Shown one piece after another: positions 1 through 9,095 of a stretch of DNA of 34,961 bases. Position 1 is the first letter of the stretch; each line of letters begins with the position of its first letter. Source of the DNA: Acidimicrobiia bacterium (GTDB lineage Bacteria > Actinomycetota > Acidimicrobiia > Acidimicrobiales > JAHEJN01); contig CAWKZT010000003.1 in assembly GCA_963854565.1 (NCBI GenBank), positions 1 through 34,961 of the forward strand, written 5' to 3'. Position numbers and translations under genes: made by a program. The notes beneath the pieces are model-generated. The model ran no database searches, was not told the origin of the DNA, and saw only the letters and a list, made by a program, of their open reading frames with translations.

Positions 1-612
1 GAAAACATATCGATGGCTTACGGCGAGAACGTGTTGTTCGAGGATCTTTCCTTCGAACTCCACCGCCGAGACCGGCTAGCCATCGTCGGTTCAAACGGCT
101 CGGGCAAGACCACATTGCTTGATGTGTTAGTTGGTAAGACAACCCCAACTAGCGGTTCCATTCGTTGGGTAAAAGGTGCCAATTTCGCGTACTACAACAG
201 CGTGTTCGAATCCCTGGATTTGGATGACACGGTTGCACACTCGATCAACTCTGCCCCTGGGTCATTGGCGTTCGCAGCACCCAAGAAACACGTCAATCGC
301 TTTCTTACGTTGCTGCAGTTTTCCGAAATGGACCTTAAGCAACGAATCGGCGACCTTTCGGGCGGTCAACGGGCTCGTGTGGCACTAGCTCACTGCTTGT
401 TGTCCGGCGCCTCAGTCATCATCCTCGATGAGCCAACCAACCACCTCGATATTCTCAGCGCCCAAGTAATGGACCGGGCGCTGGCGCACTTCCCTGGTGC
501 CGTCGTTGTGGTTAGCCATGATCGCTTCTTCATTGACAAACTAGCGAAACGCCTCCTCGTATTCGACGGTTCCCCCATTGTCAAACGATCTGCGAGTACC
601 GGCGCCATCTAA
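1..612 (+). CDS. ABC-F family ATP-binding protein, C-terminal NBD (5'-partial; frame open to the window edge)
   Basis: Walker A GSNGSGKT, signature LSGGQRAR, Walker B ILDEPTNHLD and VSHDRFF are typical of ABC-F proteins. No TM segments. The frame is open upstream of ATG 13 (ENIS-MAYG). Confidence 0.9.
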   Translation, partial: ENISMAYGENVLFEDLSFELHRRDRLAIVGSNGSGKTTLLDVLVGKTTPTSGSIRWVKGANFAYYNSVFESLDLDDTVAHSINSAPGSLAFAAPKKHVNRFLTLLQFSEMDLKQRIGDLSGGQRARVALAHCLLSGASVIILDEPTNHLDILSAQVMDRALAHFPGAVVVVSHDRFFIDKLAKRLLVFDGSPIVKRSASTGAI

Positions 613-615
613 CCC

Positions 616-2349
616 ATGAGCCTCCGCCAAATCCTTCGTAGCCATCTTGGCCCCTACAAGAACATCTTGTTGCTCATCGTCGTACTACAAGCCATCCAGA
701 CGTCGGCCACATTGGCCCTGCCGACGTTGAACGCCAACCTCATTAACAGAGGCGTGCTCACGGGCGACAACGATTACATCTGGCGCATCGGGTTCATCAT
801 GATTGGATTCAGCATCGTCCAAGTCATTTTCGCGTCGGTCGCTGTTTGGTTTGGAGCCCGCACAGCGATGGGTTTTGGCCGAGATCTCCGACGCGATCTT
901 TTCCACCAAGTCACGGGTTTCTCGGCCCGCGAGGTTGGCCAATTTGGCTCGGCCTCACTCATTACTCGCATTACCAACGATGTCCAGCAAGTCCAGACTC
1001 TGGTCGTGTTGGTTGCCACATTGATGGTGGCGGTGCCGCTCACGATGGTGATAGGCATCGTTTTGGCCATCCGCGAAGACGCCGGGTTATCAATCGTGCT
1101 CCTGTTTGCCATTCCAATGGCCGTCGTCTTGCTCGGGATAATCGTTTCCCGGATGGTCCCTGCCTTCCAACTTATGCAAGTACGCGTGGACCGGGTCAAC
1201 CTGGTCTTACGCGAACAGATCAGTGGCATTCGAGTTGTTCGTGCCTTCGTACGCGAGCCAGAAGAGACCGAACGTTTCGGCGAAGCCAACGCAGACGTCA
1301 CCGAAGTTTCACTCATTACCGGCCGACTCATGGGGGCGATGTTCCCAACGGTTGGTCTCATAATCAACATGGCCAGCCTCGGAGTGTTGTGGATCGGAGC
1401 CGATCGAATCGGTGCTGGGAACATGCAAATCGGCTCATTGATTGCCTACCTCAGCTACGTCGTACAGATCCTTATTGCCGTCGTCATGGCCACGTTTATG
1501 GTGTCCATGATTCCACGGGCCTCAGTAGCCGCCGAACGAATCGCCGAAGTTCTCGACACCGAATCCTCGGTCCACCCACCGGCCAACCCCGTCACCCAGA
1601 TTGTCGAGCACGGGACGCTCCAATTTCGCGACGTTGGTTTTAGCTATGCGGGTGCACAATCCCCCGTCTTGTCTAACATCTCGTTCCGAGTCACAGCGGG
1701 CCACACCATCGCAATCATTGGAAGCACCGGGTCAGGCAAGACCACCTTGGTCAATCTCATTTCCCGCCTGTTCGATGCCACCACAGGGTCCGTGTCTGTG
1801 GGGGGAGTCGACGTCCGCGAACTCGATCCGAAACTGTTGTGGGGCAACATTGGTTACGTCCCCCAGAAGGCTTTCTTGTTCGGCGGAACCGTCGCCTCCA
1901 ACCTGCGATTCGGCCGCCCCGACGCCACCGATGCCGAGTTGTGGGAAGCGCTCGAAATTGCTCAGGCCGCGACATTCGTCCAGTCCATGCCCGAAGGAAT
2001 CGAAAGCCCGATCAACCAAGGCGGCACCAACGTCTCTGGCGGGCAACGGCAACGCCTAGCAATCGCCCGGGCCTTAGTTTCGCAGCCCGAAATCTTCGTC
2101 TTCGATGATTCCTTCTCCGCCCTCGACCTAGCCACCGACGCTCGCCTCCGTGCCGCTCTCAAACCACACACCCAAAATGCGGCGGTCGTCATTGTTGCCC
2201 AGCGCGTATCAACCATTATCGATGCCGACCAGATCCTGGTGATCGACGGCGGGCACCAAGTAGGCCAAGGCAGCCACAAAGAACTGCTGTCCACCTGCCC
2301 CACGTACGTCGAGATCGTCGAGTCACAGCTAGGGGTAGATGCCCCATGA
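616..2349 (+). CDS. ABC exporter, fused permease/ATP-binding subunit A of a heterodimer (TM287/YfiB-like)
   Basis: N-terminal multi-TM domain, GSTGSGKT and VSGGQRQR. Degenerate Walker B FVFDDS and degenerate switch IVAQR. Confidence 0.93.
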   Translation: MSLRQILRSHLGPYKNILLLIVVLQAIQTSATLALPTLNANLINRGVLTGDNDYIWRIGFIMIGFSIVQVIFASVAVWFGARTAMGFGRDLRRDLFHQVTGFSAREVGQFGSASLITRITNDVQQVQTLVVLVATLMVAVPLTMVIGIVLAIREDAGLSIVLLFAIPMAVVLLGIIVSRMVPAFQLMQVRVDRVNLVLREQISGIRVVRAFVREPEETERFGEANADVTEVSLITGRLMGAMFPTVGLIINMASLGVLWIGADRIGAGNMQIGSLIAYLSYVVQILIAVVMATFMVSMIPRASVAAERIAEVLDTESSVHPPANPVTQIVEHGTLQFRDVGFSYAGAQSPVLSNISFRVTAGHTIAIIGSTGSGKTTLVNLISRLFDATTGSVSVGGVDVRELDPKLLWGNIGYVPQKAFLFGGTVASNLRFGRPDATDAELWEALEIAQAATFVQSMPEGIESPINQGGTNVSGGQRQRLAIARALVSQPEIFVFDDSFSALDLATDARLRAALKPHTQNAAVVIVAQRVSTIIDADQILVIDGGHQVGQGSHKELLSTCPTYVEIVESQLGVDAP

Positions 2350-4232
2350 GCCCCGACGAACCCACTAAACCCGACCTCTCCGACGAGGACCGCGAGGTCC
2401 TCAATACCACCGGACGCGAGGCCCGGCGTAGCAGCTTTGGCCCAAGCGGTGGCGCGGGGATGCCCGCGGAGCGCAGCAAGAACTTCGGCTCGTCCGTCCG
2501 GCGCCTCGGTGCCATCTTGGGCAAAGAACTTCCCTTGCTGCTCATCGTCATGGTGCTCACTGCCGGCAGCGTCCTACTCACCGTTATTGGCCCTCGTTTG
2601 TTGGGCAAAGCAACCGACATCATCGTGTCGGGTGTCATGGGAGACGGCATCGACTTTGGCGCATTGCATCGACGCTTGTTCTTCGTTGGCATCATCTTCC
2701 TGGGCTCGTGGATCCTTGGCTATTCGCAGGCCTACATCATGGCCGGCGTGTTGCAGCGCTCGATGTTCGAACTTCGCCAATCAGTCGAACAAAAAATCAA
2801 TCGCTTTCCCTTGGGATACATAGATAGCCAACCTCGTGGTGACCTTTTGAGTCGCGTCACCAACGACATCGACAACCTGGCCCAAAGCCTGCAACAAACA
2901 ACCAGCCAGATCCTTTCGTCGCTGCTCACTATTTTGGGCGTGACAGTGATGATGATCACCATTTCGCCCAAAATGGCCGCTATTGCTCTCGTCACCGTGC
3001 CACTTTCTGTGATCCTGATGAAGAAGATCAGTGGCCGCGCCAGACCTCGTTTCATGGAGCAGTGGCGTCACACTGGCAGTCTCAACGCCCAAGCCGAAGA
3101 AGTATTTACTGGGCACTCGATCGTCAAGAGCTTCGGTCGCCAAGCGGACGTCGAGAAACAGTTCGAGGGCGACAACCAGAAGTTGTACGAGGCCAGCTAC
3201 ACCGCCCAGTTCATTGCCAGCCTCATCCAACCAATGATGGTCTTCATGGGCAACCTGCAGTTCATTTTGATTGCGGTCGCCGGGGGTCTACAAATATCTA
3301 CCGGTGCTATTTCCGTGGGCGACATGCAGGCGCTCCTCCAGTACACCCGCCAGTTCTCGCACCCCATAACGCACCTGGCGTCAATGACTGCGACATTTCA
3401 ATCGGGTATTGCCTCACTAGAACGGGTCCTTGAATTACTCGACACCCCGGAGCAAACCCAAGAACAAGCCGACACTGTTAACCCCGCTCCCGTGAAGGGA
3501 CGCATTGTCTTTGATGACGTCTACTTTTCCTACGACCCAAAAACCACCCTGATCGAAGGATTAAGCGTCGTAGCCGAGCCAGGCCAAACGGTGGCGATAG
3601 TAGGTCCGACGGGCGCTGGCAAGACCACACTTGTCAACTTGATCATGCGTTTCTACGATCTAGATTCGGGCAGCATCAGCCTGGACGGGCGAGACATCTC
3701 GGCGTTTCCTCGCCAAGAACTTCGCTCCAAAGTCGGCATGGTTCTGCAAGACACCTGGCTATTTGGGGGAACTATTCGCGAAAACATTGCGTATGGCAAC
3801 CCCGAGGCCAGCGAGGCGCAGATCCTTAAGGCCGCACAAGTTACCTACGTCGACCGCTTTGTTCGCTCATTGCCCGATGGCTATGACACCGTCATCAACG
3901 ATGAAGGTGACAATGTCAGTGCGGGCGAGAAACAGCTCATTACGATCGCCCGGGCGTTCCTTGCCGACCCATCAATTCTGATCCTTGATGAGGCCACCAG
4001 TTCGGTAGACACCCGCACCGAGGTGCTCATCCAAGAGGCCATGAACGCTCTGCGGTCACAACGCACCAGCTTCGTAATTGCTCACCGACTGTCGACCATT
4101 CGTGGAGCCGATGTCATCTTGGTGATGGAAGACGGCCGTATTGCCGAGCAGGGAAATCACGACGAACTCCTCCGGCGCGACGGCGCCTACGCCAACTTGT
4201 ACAACGCCCAGTTTGAGGGGCAAGAAACCTAG
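2346..4232 (+). CDS. ABC exporter, fused permease/ATP-binding subunit B of a heterodimer (TM288/YfiC-like)
   Basis: ATGA overlap with the preceding gene. GPTGAGKT, canonical ILDEAT and IAHRLST, degenerate signature SAGEKQ. Confidence 0.93.
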   Translation: MSPDEPTKPDLSDEDREVLNTTGREARRSSFGPSGGAGMPAERSKNFGSSVRRLGAILGKELPLLLIVMVLTAGSVLLTVIGPRLLGKATDIIVSGVMGDGIDFGALHRRLFFVGIIFLGSWILGYSQAYIMAGVLQRSMFELRQSVEQKINRFPLGYIDSQPRGDLLSRVTNDIDNLAQSLQQTTSQILSSLLTILGVTVMMITISPKMAAIALVTVPLSVILMKKISGRARPRFMEQWRHTGSLNAQAEEVFTGHSIVKSFGRQADVEKQFEGDNQKLYEASYTAQFIASLIQPMMVFMGNLQFILIAVAGGLQISTGAISVGDMQALLQYTRQFSHPITHLASMTATFQSGIASLERVLELLDTPEQTQEQADTVNPAPVKGRIVFDDVYFSYDPKTTLIEGLSVVAEPGQTVAIVGPTGAGKTTLVNLIMRFYDLDSGSISLDGRDISAFPRQELRSKVGMVLQDTWLFGGTIRENIAYGNPEASEAQILKAAQVTYVDRFVRSLPDGYDTVINDEGDNVSAGEKQLITIARAFLADPSILILDEATSSVDTRTEVLIQEAMNALRSQRTSFVIAHRLSTIRGADVILVMEDGRIAEQGNHDELLRRDGAYANLYNAQFEGQET

Positions 4233-4249
4233 CAGAGGTGCGCCGCTTA

Positions 4250-4274
4250 ACTGCCGCGGGAATGCCACGGCAGT
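4250..4274 (+). terminator. GC-rich hairpin after the ABC operon (possible terminator or part of a structured leader)
   Basis: ACTGCCGCGG (4250-4259) and CCACGGCAGT (4265-4274) form an inverted repeat with one mismatch. No U-tract follows. Confidence 0.4.
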
Positions 4275-4333
4275 CCGCGCGGTTTCCCCATCACAGGATC
4301 GCCTCTGACGGCGATCGTGAATTGGAGCAAACA

Positions 4334-4837
4334 ATGTTGGCAATCAACCTGGCAGGCAATTTTTCAGCGAGCGACGCGATCCTCGCGGGGATCGTGGGCG
4401 CCCTCGCAATGCTCGTCGTCATGTACGGCGGCAGAGCCATGGGCATGACGAGCATGGATCTCCTGCGAACCCTCGGAACCATGATGGTTCCTAAGGCCAG
4501 CACCGGCATGACCTATGGCATCGGAATGATGATGCACCTAATGATGGGCGCTGGGTTCGGGTTGCTGCATGCGGGCGTACTGCACGCCGTCGACCCCTCG
4601 AGCGACGGCGACGCTGTCGTGGTCGGCCTCGTAGCCGGAGTCGTTCATGGCATGGTCGTCGCTGGCATGATGCCCACCATGTTGACCACGATGCATCCAC
4701 TGGTGAAAAGCGGCCAGATTTACGCACCCGGTCCATTCATGACCGGGATGGGCAAGATGACCCCCATGGGGATGATCATGGCCCATGTCGTATTTAGCAT
4801 CGTTGCCGGTGCCATTTACGTTGGCGCAGTCGGTTAG
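4334..4837 (+). CDS. Met/His-rich integral membrane protein of unknown function (about 4 TM)
   Basis: Start moved from GTG 4238 to ATG 4334 because of SD-like GGAG at 4324-4327. 167 aa with hydrophobic helices, 25 Met and 6 His. Confidence 0.8.
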   Translation: MLAINLAGNFSASDAILAGIVGALAMLVVMYGGRAMGMTSMDLLRTLGTMMVPKASTGMTYGIGMMMHLMMGAGFGLLHAGVLHAVDPSSDGDAVVVGLVAGVVHGMVVAGMMPTMLTTMHPLVKSGQIYAPGPFMTGMGKMTPMGMIMAHVVFSIVAGAIYVGAVG

Positions 4838-4860
4838 CGGGTTTTCCCGGCGCAACTCGA

Positions 4861-4874
4861 CGCCCTTCGGGGTG
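4861..4874. terminator. Short UUCG-tetraloop hairpin between convergent genes
   Basis: CGCCC-TTCG-GGGTG. Confidence 0.35.
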
Positions 4875-4952
4875 AACCGAACGGTGGCCTTAACTGCCTC
4901 GCCCGGCGGGCCAGCGGCGCCATTCAGCTTGGGCTGTCGCCTCATTGGGGTT

Positions 4953-5462
4953 CTACTCGACGTACTTTGTCCGATTCTCGGCCATGTAGGTAGCCAGATT
5001 CTTGAGAGACTTCTGGGCAGTCTTCTTGAAACCCAGGCCGACAATTGGCTGCGCATATTTGAATGGACCCCGGCATTCAAAGCCCCAACTCCATACCAAT
5101 GTGCATTGGTCGGCGCCTTCGTCAATAAGTTCGTAGTCTTCAGCAAATGCGGCAAAAAACGGCAACTGGCTTTCGGTGAAGTTGAAGGCCATCCGGCGGC
5201 CGTCTTCCCATGCGAAGAAGTACTCCGACGTCACTGCTCCCTTGCCCGTAATGTTGCGAGTGGTCCCCACCCCAAAAGGCTGGGGCGATGTCCAGTCGAT
5301 CTTGTCTACAGGAACGAGCCACACCGGCCAGGCATCGCCATCTTCGAGGGCTCGAAATGCTTCGGCCGCGCTGGCGGGAAGTATTTGACGGGCCGAGGCG
5401 GTTACGGGCGCGTCGGCAAGGAATGAAGCGTCGACGAAACGAAGCGAACGGGTCTTGGCCAT
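4953..5462 (-). CDS. SRPBCC/START (polyketide cyclase-like) family protein
   Basis: 169 aa with the SRPBCC pattern WPVW, PFGVGTTR, EYFFAWEDGRRMAF and a C-terminal amphipathic helix. Confidence 0.85.
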   Translation of the reverse strand: MAKTRSLRFVDASFLADAPVTASARQILPASAAEAFRALEDGDAWPVWLVPVDKIDWTSPQPFGVGTTRNITGKGAVTSEYFFAWEDGRRMAFNFTESQLPFFAAFAEDYELIDEGADQCTLVWSWGFECRGPFKYAQPIVGLGFKKTAQKSLKNLATYMAENRTKYVE

Positions 5463-5565
5463 GGTGGATCCTGTCGGTGAAGGCGAGTCCGACCATCATG
5501 GCCGGTAAGCCCATCGAGCGCTACCCGTCAAGCAAACCAGTCGAACCGGTCCACGGTATTAGCGC

Positions 5566-5574
5566 TGCTACCGT
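5566..5574 (+). promoter_or_regulatory. Extended -10 element (TGn-TACCGT) for a probably leaderless trmL transcript
   Basis: TGC-TACCGT ends 6 nt before GTG 5581. No SD. Confidence 0.6.
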
Positions 5575-5580
5575 TGCTGC

Positions 5581-6042
5581 GTGCATGTCGTCTTAGTTCA
5601 CCCTGAAATTCCTCCAAATACGGGCAACATTATTCGCCTTTGCGCCAACACAGGAGCGTCCTTGCACTTGGTCGAGCCGCTGGGATTTTCTCTTGAGGAT
5701 CGGCTGCTTCGCCGGGCGGGGCTCGACTACCACGACCTCGCAAATGTGACCATCCACGCGTCGTTCGATGCTGCGGTCGCAACGTTACCTGGCCGCTGGT
5801 TAGCGTTCTCATCCGGGGCTAGCTACCGGTACACCGATGTCGCCTATCAGGACGACGATGTGCTGGTGTTTGGACGTGAGTCGGTTGGTTTGTCCCCCGA
5901 CCACATGGCCCGTTTCGACGCCGATCACCAGATCAAGATCCCCATCCGACCCGACAACCGCAGCCTCAATCTGTCCAACTCGGTTTCTGTCGCCATGTAC
6001 GAAGCTTGGCGGCAACTGGGCTTCCCTGGAGCGGCCAAATGA
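5581..6042 (+). CDS. trmL: tRNA (cytidine/uridine(34)-2'-O)-methyltransferase, SPOUT family
   Basis: PEIPPNTGNIIRLCANTG, RRAGLDY, FGRESVGL, RSLNLSN and YEAWRQ. Confidence 0.96.
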   Translation: MHVVLVHPEIPPNTGNIIRLCANTGASLHLVEPLGFSLEDRLLRRAGLDYHDLANVTIHASFDAAVATLPGRWLAFSSGASYRYTDVAYQDDDVLVFGRESVGLSPDHMARFDADHQIKIPIRPDNRSLNLSNSVSVAMYEAWRQLGFPGAAK

Positions 6043-6107
6043 GCATCATCTTGGTAGTGGTCGACATCCACCCAACGCCGTAGATCATGATGAAGTAACG
6101 TCGCCCC

Positions 6108-6941
6108 ATGGGTTCGAACCAACACACCGGGGCCTCCCAGATCACCGTGGATGAGGCTGATATTGCCGCTTATCAACGCGACGGTGTCGTCGTGCTGCGC
6201 AACGTCATTTCACCAGAGTGGCAAGAGCGCATCGCCGGCGCCATCGAACGAGACATTGCTGACCCCGGCCCGTTCGATCATTCCTATGCCACCGACAGAG
6301 GCCGCTTCCATGGCAACTTGCGCATCTGGCAAAACGACACCGAATTCGCCGAATTCTGTTTGCATTCACCGGCCAAGACCATCGCCAAACAATGCCTTAG
6401 ATCAACCCGGCTCAACCTGCTGTATGACCAACTCTTCGTCAAGGAACCTCACACACCGAACCGAACCCGATGGCACAACGACCAGCCGTACTGGCCTATC
6501 GCTGGCCGCGACGTCATCTCAATTTGGGTCGCAATTGATGATGTGCGAGCCGAAAACGGTGCCCTCGAATTTGTGCGTGGTTCCCACAAGTGGGACCGCT
6601 GGTTCCAACCTGAACCTTTCGGCCCTAACGCCGACCGCAGCAGTTACGCCCGCAACCCCGACTTCGAAGACATCCCCGACATCGAAGCCGCTCGCAACGA
6701 ATACGACATTGTCACGTGGGATGTGCAGCCCGGCGATGTCTATGTGTTCAGCGGCATGATCGTGCACGGTGCTTTGGGAAACTCCACTGCTCAACACCGA
6801 CGGCGCGGCTACACCGTGCGCTACGTCGGCGATGATGTTCGCTACGACCCGCGCCCCGGCGCCAGCGAGCCGCTTTACACCGATTACCTTAACGCCGGCG
6901 ACCGCCTCGACTGCCCGCAATTCCCGCTTCTCTATAGCTAG
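6108..6941 (+). CDS. Phytanoyl-CoA dioxygenase (PhyH) family 2OG-Fe(II) oxygenase
   Basis: YQRDGVVVLR, WHNDQPYW (HxD), ENGALEFVRGSHKW, distal His in IVHGA, and RRRG. Confidence 0.9.
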   Translation: MGSNQHTGASQITVDEADIAAYQRDGVVVLRNVISPEWQERIAGAIERDIADPGPFDHSYATDRGRFHGNLRIWQNDTEFAEFCLHSPAKTIAKQCLRSTRLNLLYDQLFVKEPHTPNRTRWHNDQPYWPIAGRDVISIWVAIDDVRAENGALEFVRGSHKWDRWFQPEPFGPNADRSSYARNPDFEDIPDIEAARNEYDIVTWDVQPGDVYVFSGMIVHGALGNSTAQHRRRGYTVRYVGDDVRYDPRPGASEPLYTDYLNAGDRLDCPQFPLLYS

Positions 6942-6999
6942 GGGCCCAGTTTGCTAGCCGAGATTTCCGCGGTTGGGCGCTGGGTACTACGTTGGACCA

Positions 7000-8403
7000 A
7001 TGGTTGATACTCCCTGGCAAGGCGATGCATGCTCACTGGTCGACGAATTTCGGGCCGGTCGACGGTCCCCTTCCGAAGAACTGAACGCCACCCTTGCCGC
7101 GGTCGAGGCCAGTGACCTAAACGCCATTCCTTTCACCGACCCCGAACCAGCCATGGCGTCGGCCTCGAGCGCCGACGTGTCAATGCCGTTCGGCGGCGTG
7201 CCCATGGCCATCAAAGAACTTGACCAGGTCAAGGGCTGGCCCGACACCGGAGCATCGGTGCCGTTCAAAGACAACATCGCTACCGAAACCAGCACCAACG
7301 CTGGCCGCATCCGTGACCGAGGCGGCGCGGTCTTGTTCGGTCAATCGGCAGCCTCAGAGTTCGGTGGTATCAACTGCACCCGGACGGTGTTGCACGGCGC
7401 TACCCACAACCCCTGGAAACACGGCCACACACCCGGCGGATCATCCGGTGGTGCTGCCGCAGCGGTAGCCGGTGGTCTCATGACCTTGGGCACTTCCGGC
7501 GATGGCGGCGGATCGATCCGTATCCCAGCCGGTTTCACCAATCTCGTCGGGCTGAAGGCCACCTTCGGGCGCATCCCACTGTCTCCATCAGCCGAATACG
7601 GTAATCTCACCGTCGCCGTCGGCTGCGTCTCACGCTCTGTTCGCGACACCGCCCGCTGGTTCGACGTGACCAACGGACACGACCCCCGCGACCCGCTGAG
7701 CCTCGCGCCCGTCAGCGGGTGGGAACAAGGCCTCGGTACCAACGGTGATGCCCTCAAAGGCAAACGTGTGGCCATCGTCGCTAACTGGGGTGGCGCCACG
7801 GTCAGCCCAGTGATGTGGGAGTTGCTCAATGAAGCCGCTCTGAACCTGATCGACGATTGCGAGCTTGTTCAGGTCGACGAACTCGACACGAAGCTTCCCA
7901 ACATGGGCGCCGCTTGGTCCATCAGCGGCATGATGAGTCTGCGGAACAGATTGGGTGATCTCTGGCCCGATTGCGCCGACGACCTCACCCCCGAAATTGC
8001 CTTCGGGTTATCACGCACCGATGGCCTATACAACGGTGTCGCCCGCGGCCGCATCGAAAAGCGTCGCACGGAACTCAACCAAGCAATGGCCAAGATCTTT
8101 GACCCCAACAACGGCGGTGTCGACTTCATCCTCACCGCCAGCAATCCCGATATCGCCTTTGCCGCCGAAGGCCCTTTGCCCGACACCTTCGGTGGCATCG
8201 AAGCCGGACTCGCCAACAATGGGCTACTCACCTTCCCGTGCAACCTGCATGGCAACCCCGGCATCTCGATTCCGGCCGGATTCTTGGACGGCTTGCCCAT
8301 TGGTCTTCAAGCCATCGGGCCGCACTTCAGCGAACCGCTACTCCTAGAGCTGGCCCACACCGTCGAACTCAACCGCCCCTGGCCGCTAACGGTAAACGCC
8401 TAG
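7000..8403 (+). CDS. Amidase signature family enzyme
   Basis: Catalytic Lys in PMAIKEL, TPGGSSGG and DGGGSIRIPA. Start set at ATG 7000, 6 nt after TACGTT. Confidence 0.92.
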   Translation: MVDTPWQGDACSLVDEFRAGRRSPSEELNATLAAVEASDLNAIPFTDPEPAMASASSADVSMPFGGVPMAIKELDQVKGWPDTGASVPFKDNIATETSTNAGRIRDRGGAVLFGQSAASEFGGINCTRTVLHGATHNPWKHGHTPGGSSGGAAAAVAGGLMTLGTSGDGGGSIRIPAGFTNLVGLKATFGRIPLSPSAEYGNLTVAVGCVSRSVRDTARWFDVTNGHDPRDPLSLAPVSGWEQGLGTNGDALKGKRVAIVANWGGATVSPVMWELLNEAALNLIDDCELVQVDELDTKLPNMGAAWSISGMMSLRNRLGDLWPDCADDLTPEIAFGLSRTDGLYNGVARGRIEKRRTELNQAMAKIFDPNNGGVDFILTASNPDIAFAAEGPLPDTFGGIEAGLANNGLLTFPCNLHGNPGISIPAGFLDGLPIGLQAIGPHFSEPLLLELAHTVELNRPWPLTVNA

Positions 8404-8436
8404 CACCTGCGGGTCGATCGGTAACTCAAACGACGT

Positions 8437-9042
8437 TCAGTCGTCGGCACCGGTGTAAGCCAAATCCCGGAGCACAATCGAACGCAGCCGATCGATATTT
8501 ACTCCCTTGCTCGCACTAACCCACACCACATCTTTTTGGTCGACGCCACAACCAAGCGCCAAATCGACCTTGCGACGTTGCCGCTTTGACGACTTGACCT
8601 TGTCATGTTTAGTGGCCACCACGGTGAACGGAATGATCTCGTGGCGCATCCAGTCGAGCATTTGCACATCGAGTTTGGTGGGCCCGATTTCGCCATCAAC
8701 CAACACGTAGACCATCACCAACTCTTCGCGCTCAAGCAAATAATGCTCGATCATCTTGCCCCAGTCCTTACGCACATGACCAGGCGCTTTGGCATAGCCG
8801 TAGCCCGGCAGATCCACCAAGGCATAGTTCGTGTCGGCCAATTCAAAAATGTTAATAAGTTGGGTGCGGCCCGGAGTATTTGAGACACGAGCCAACTGTT
8901 TCTGATGAGCTATCGCATTAATCAGCGAGGACTTACCGACGTTGGATCGGCCCACAAAAGCGACCTCGGCCTCGGTTTTGGGGAGGGTGTCCATTCGTTT
9001 CGCGGAGGTCACGAATTCGAGAGAAAGAGGTCGAGCAGCCAT
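8437..9042 (-). CDS. engB: Ribosome biogenesis GTP-binding protein YihA/YsxC
   Basis: GRSNVGKSSLIN, PGRTQLIN, DLPGYGYAK and TKHDK. Start set at ATG 9042, which removes the overlap with the divergent gene and places TACACT 5 nt upstream. Confidence 0.96.
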   Translation of the reverse strand: MAARPLSLEFVTSAKRMDTLPKTEAEVAFVGRSNVGKSSLINAIAHQKQLARVSNTPGRTQLINIFELADTNYALVDLPGYGYAKAPGHVRKDWGKMIEHYLLEREELVMVYVLVDGEIGPTKLDVQMLDWMRHEIIPFTVVATKHDKVKSSKRQRRKVDLALGCGVDQKDVVWVSASKGVNIDRLRSIVLRDLAYTGADD

Positions 9043-9095
9043 AGTGCAGTGTAGGGCCAGTTGAAATGCGGCCGTTCTTAGGGGATCCTTGGTAC

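Noticed and set aside
4233-4313. Lysine riboswitch (AGAGGUGC start) or guanidine-III riboswitch (GAGGUGCGCCG...CAGGA...GACGGCG) resemblance
   Set aside because: The region is too short for a lysine aptamer. It lacks the conserved ACGA elements and compact spacing of guanidine-III, and the downstream gene is not a typical target.
6039-6083. 14-codon ORF (MSIILVVVDIHPTP) overlapping the trmL stop
   Set aside because: It is too short to support, has no SD, and the downstream gene appears to have its own promoter.
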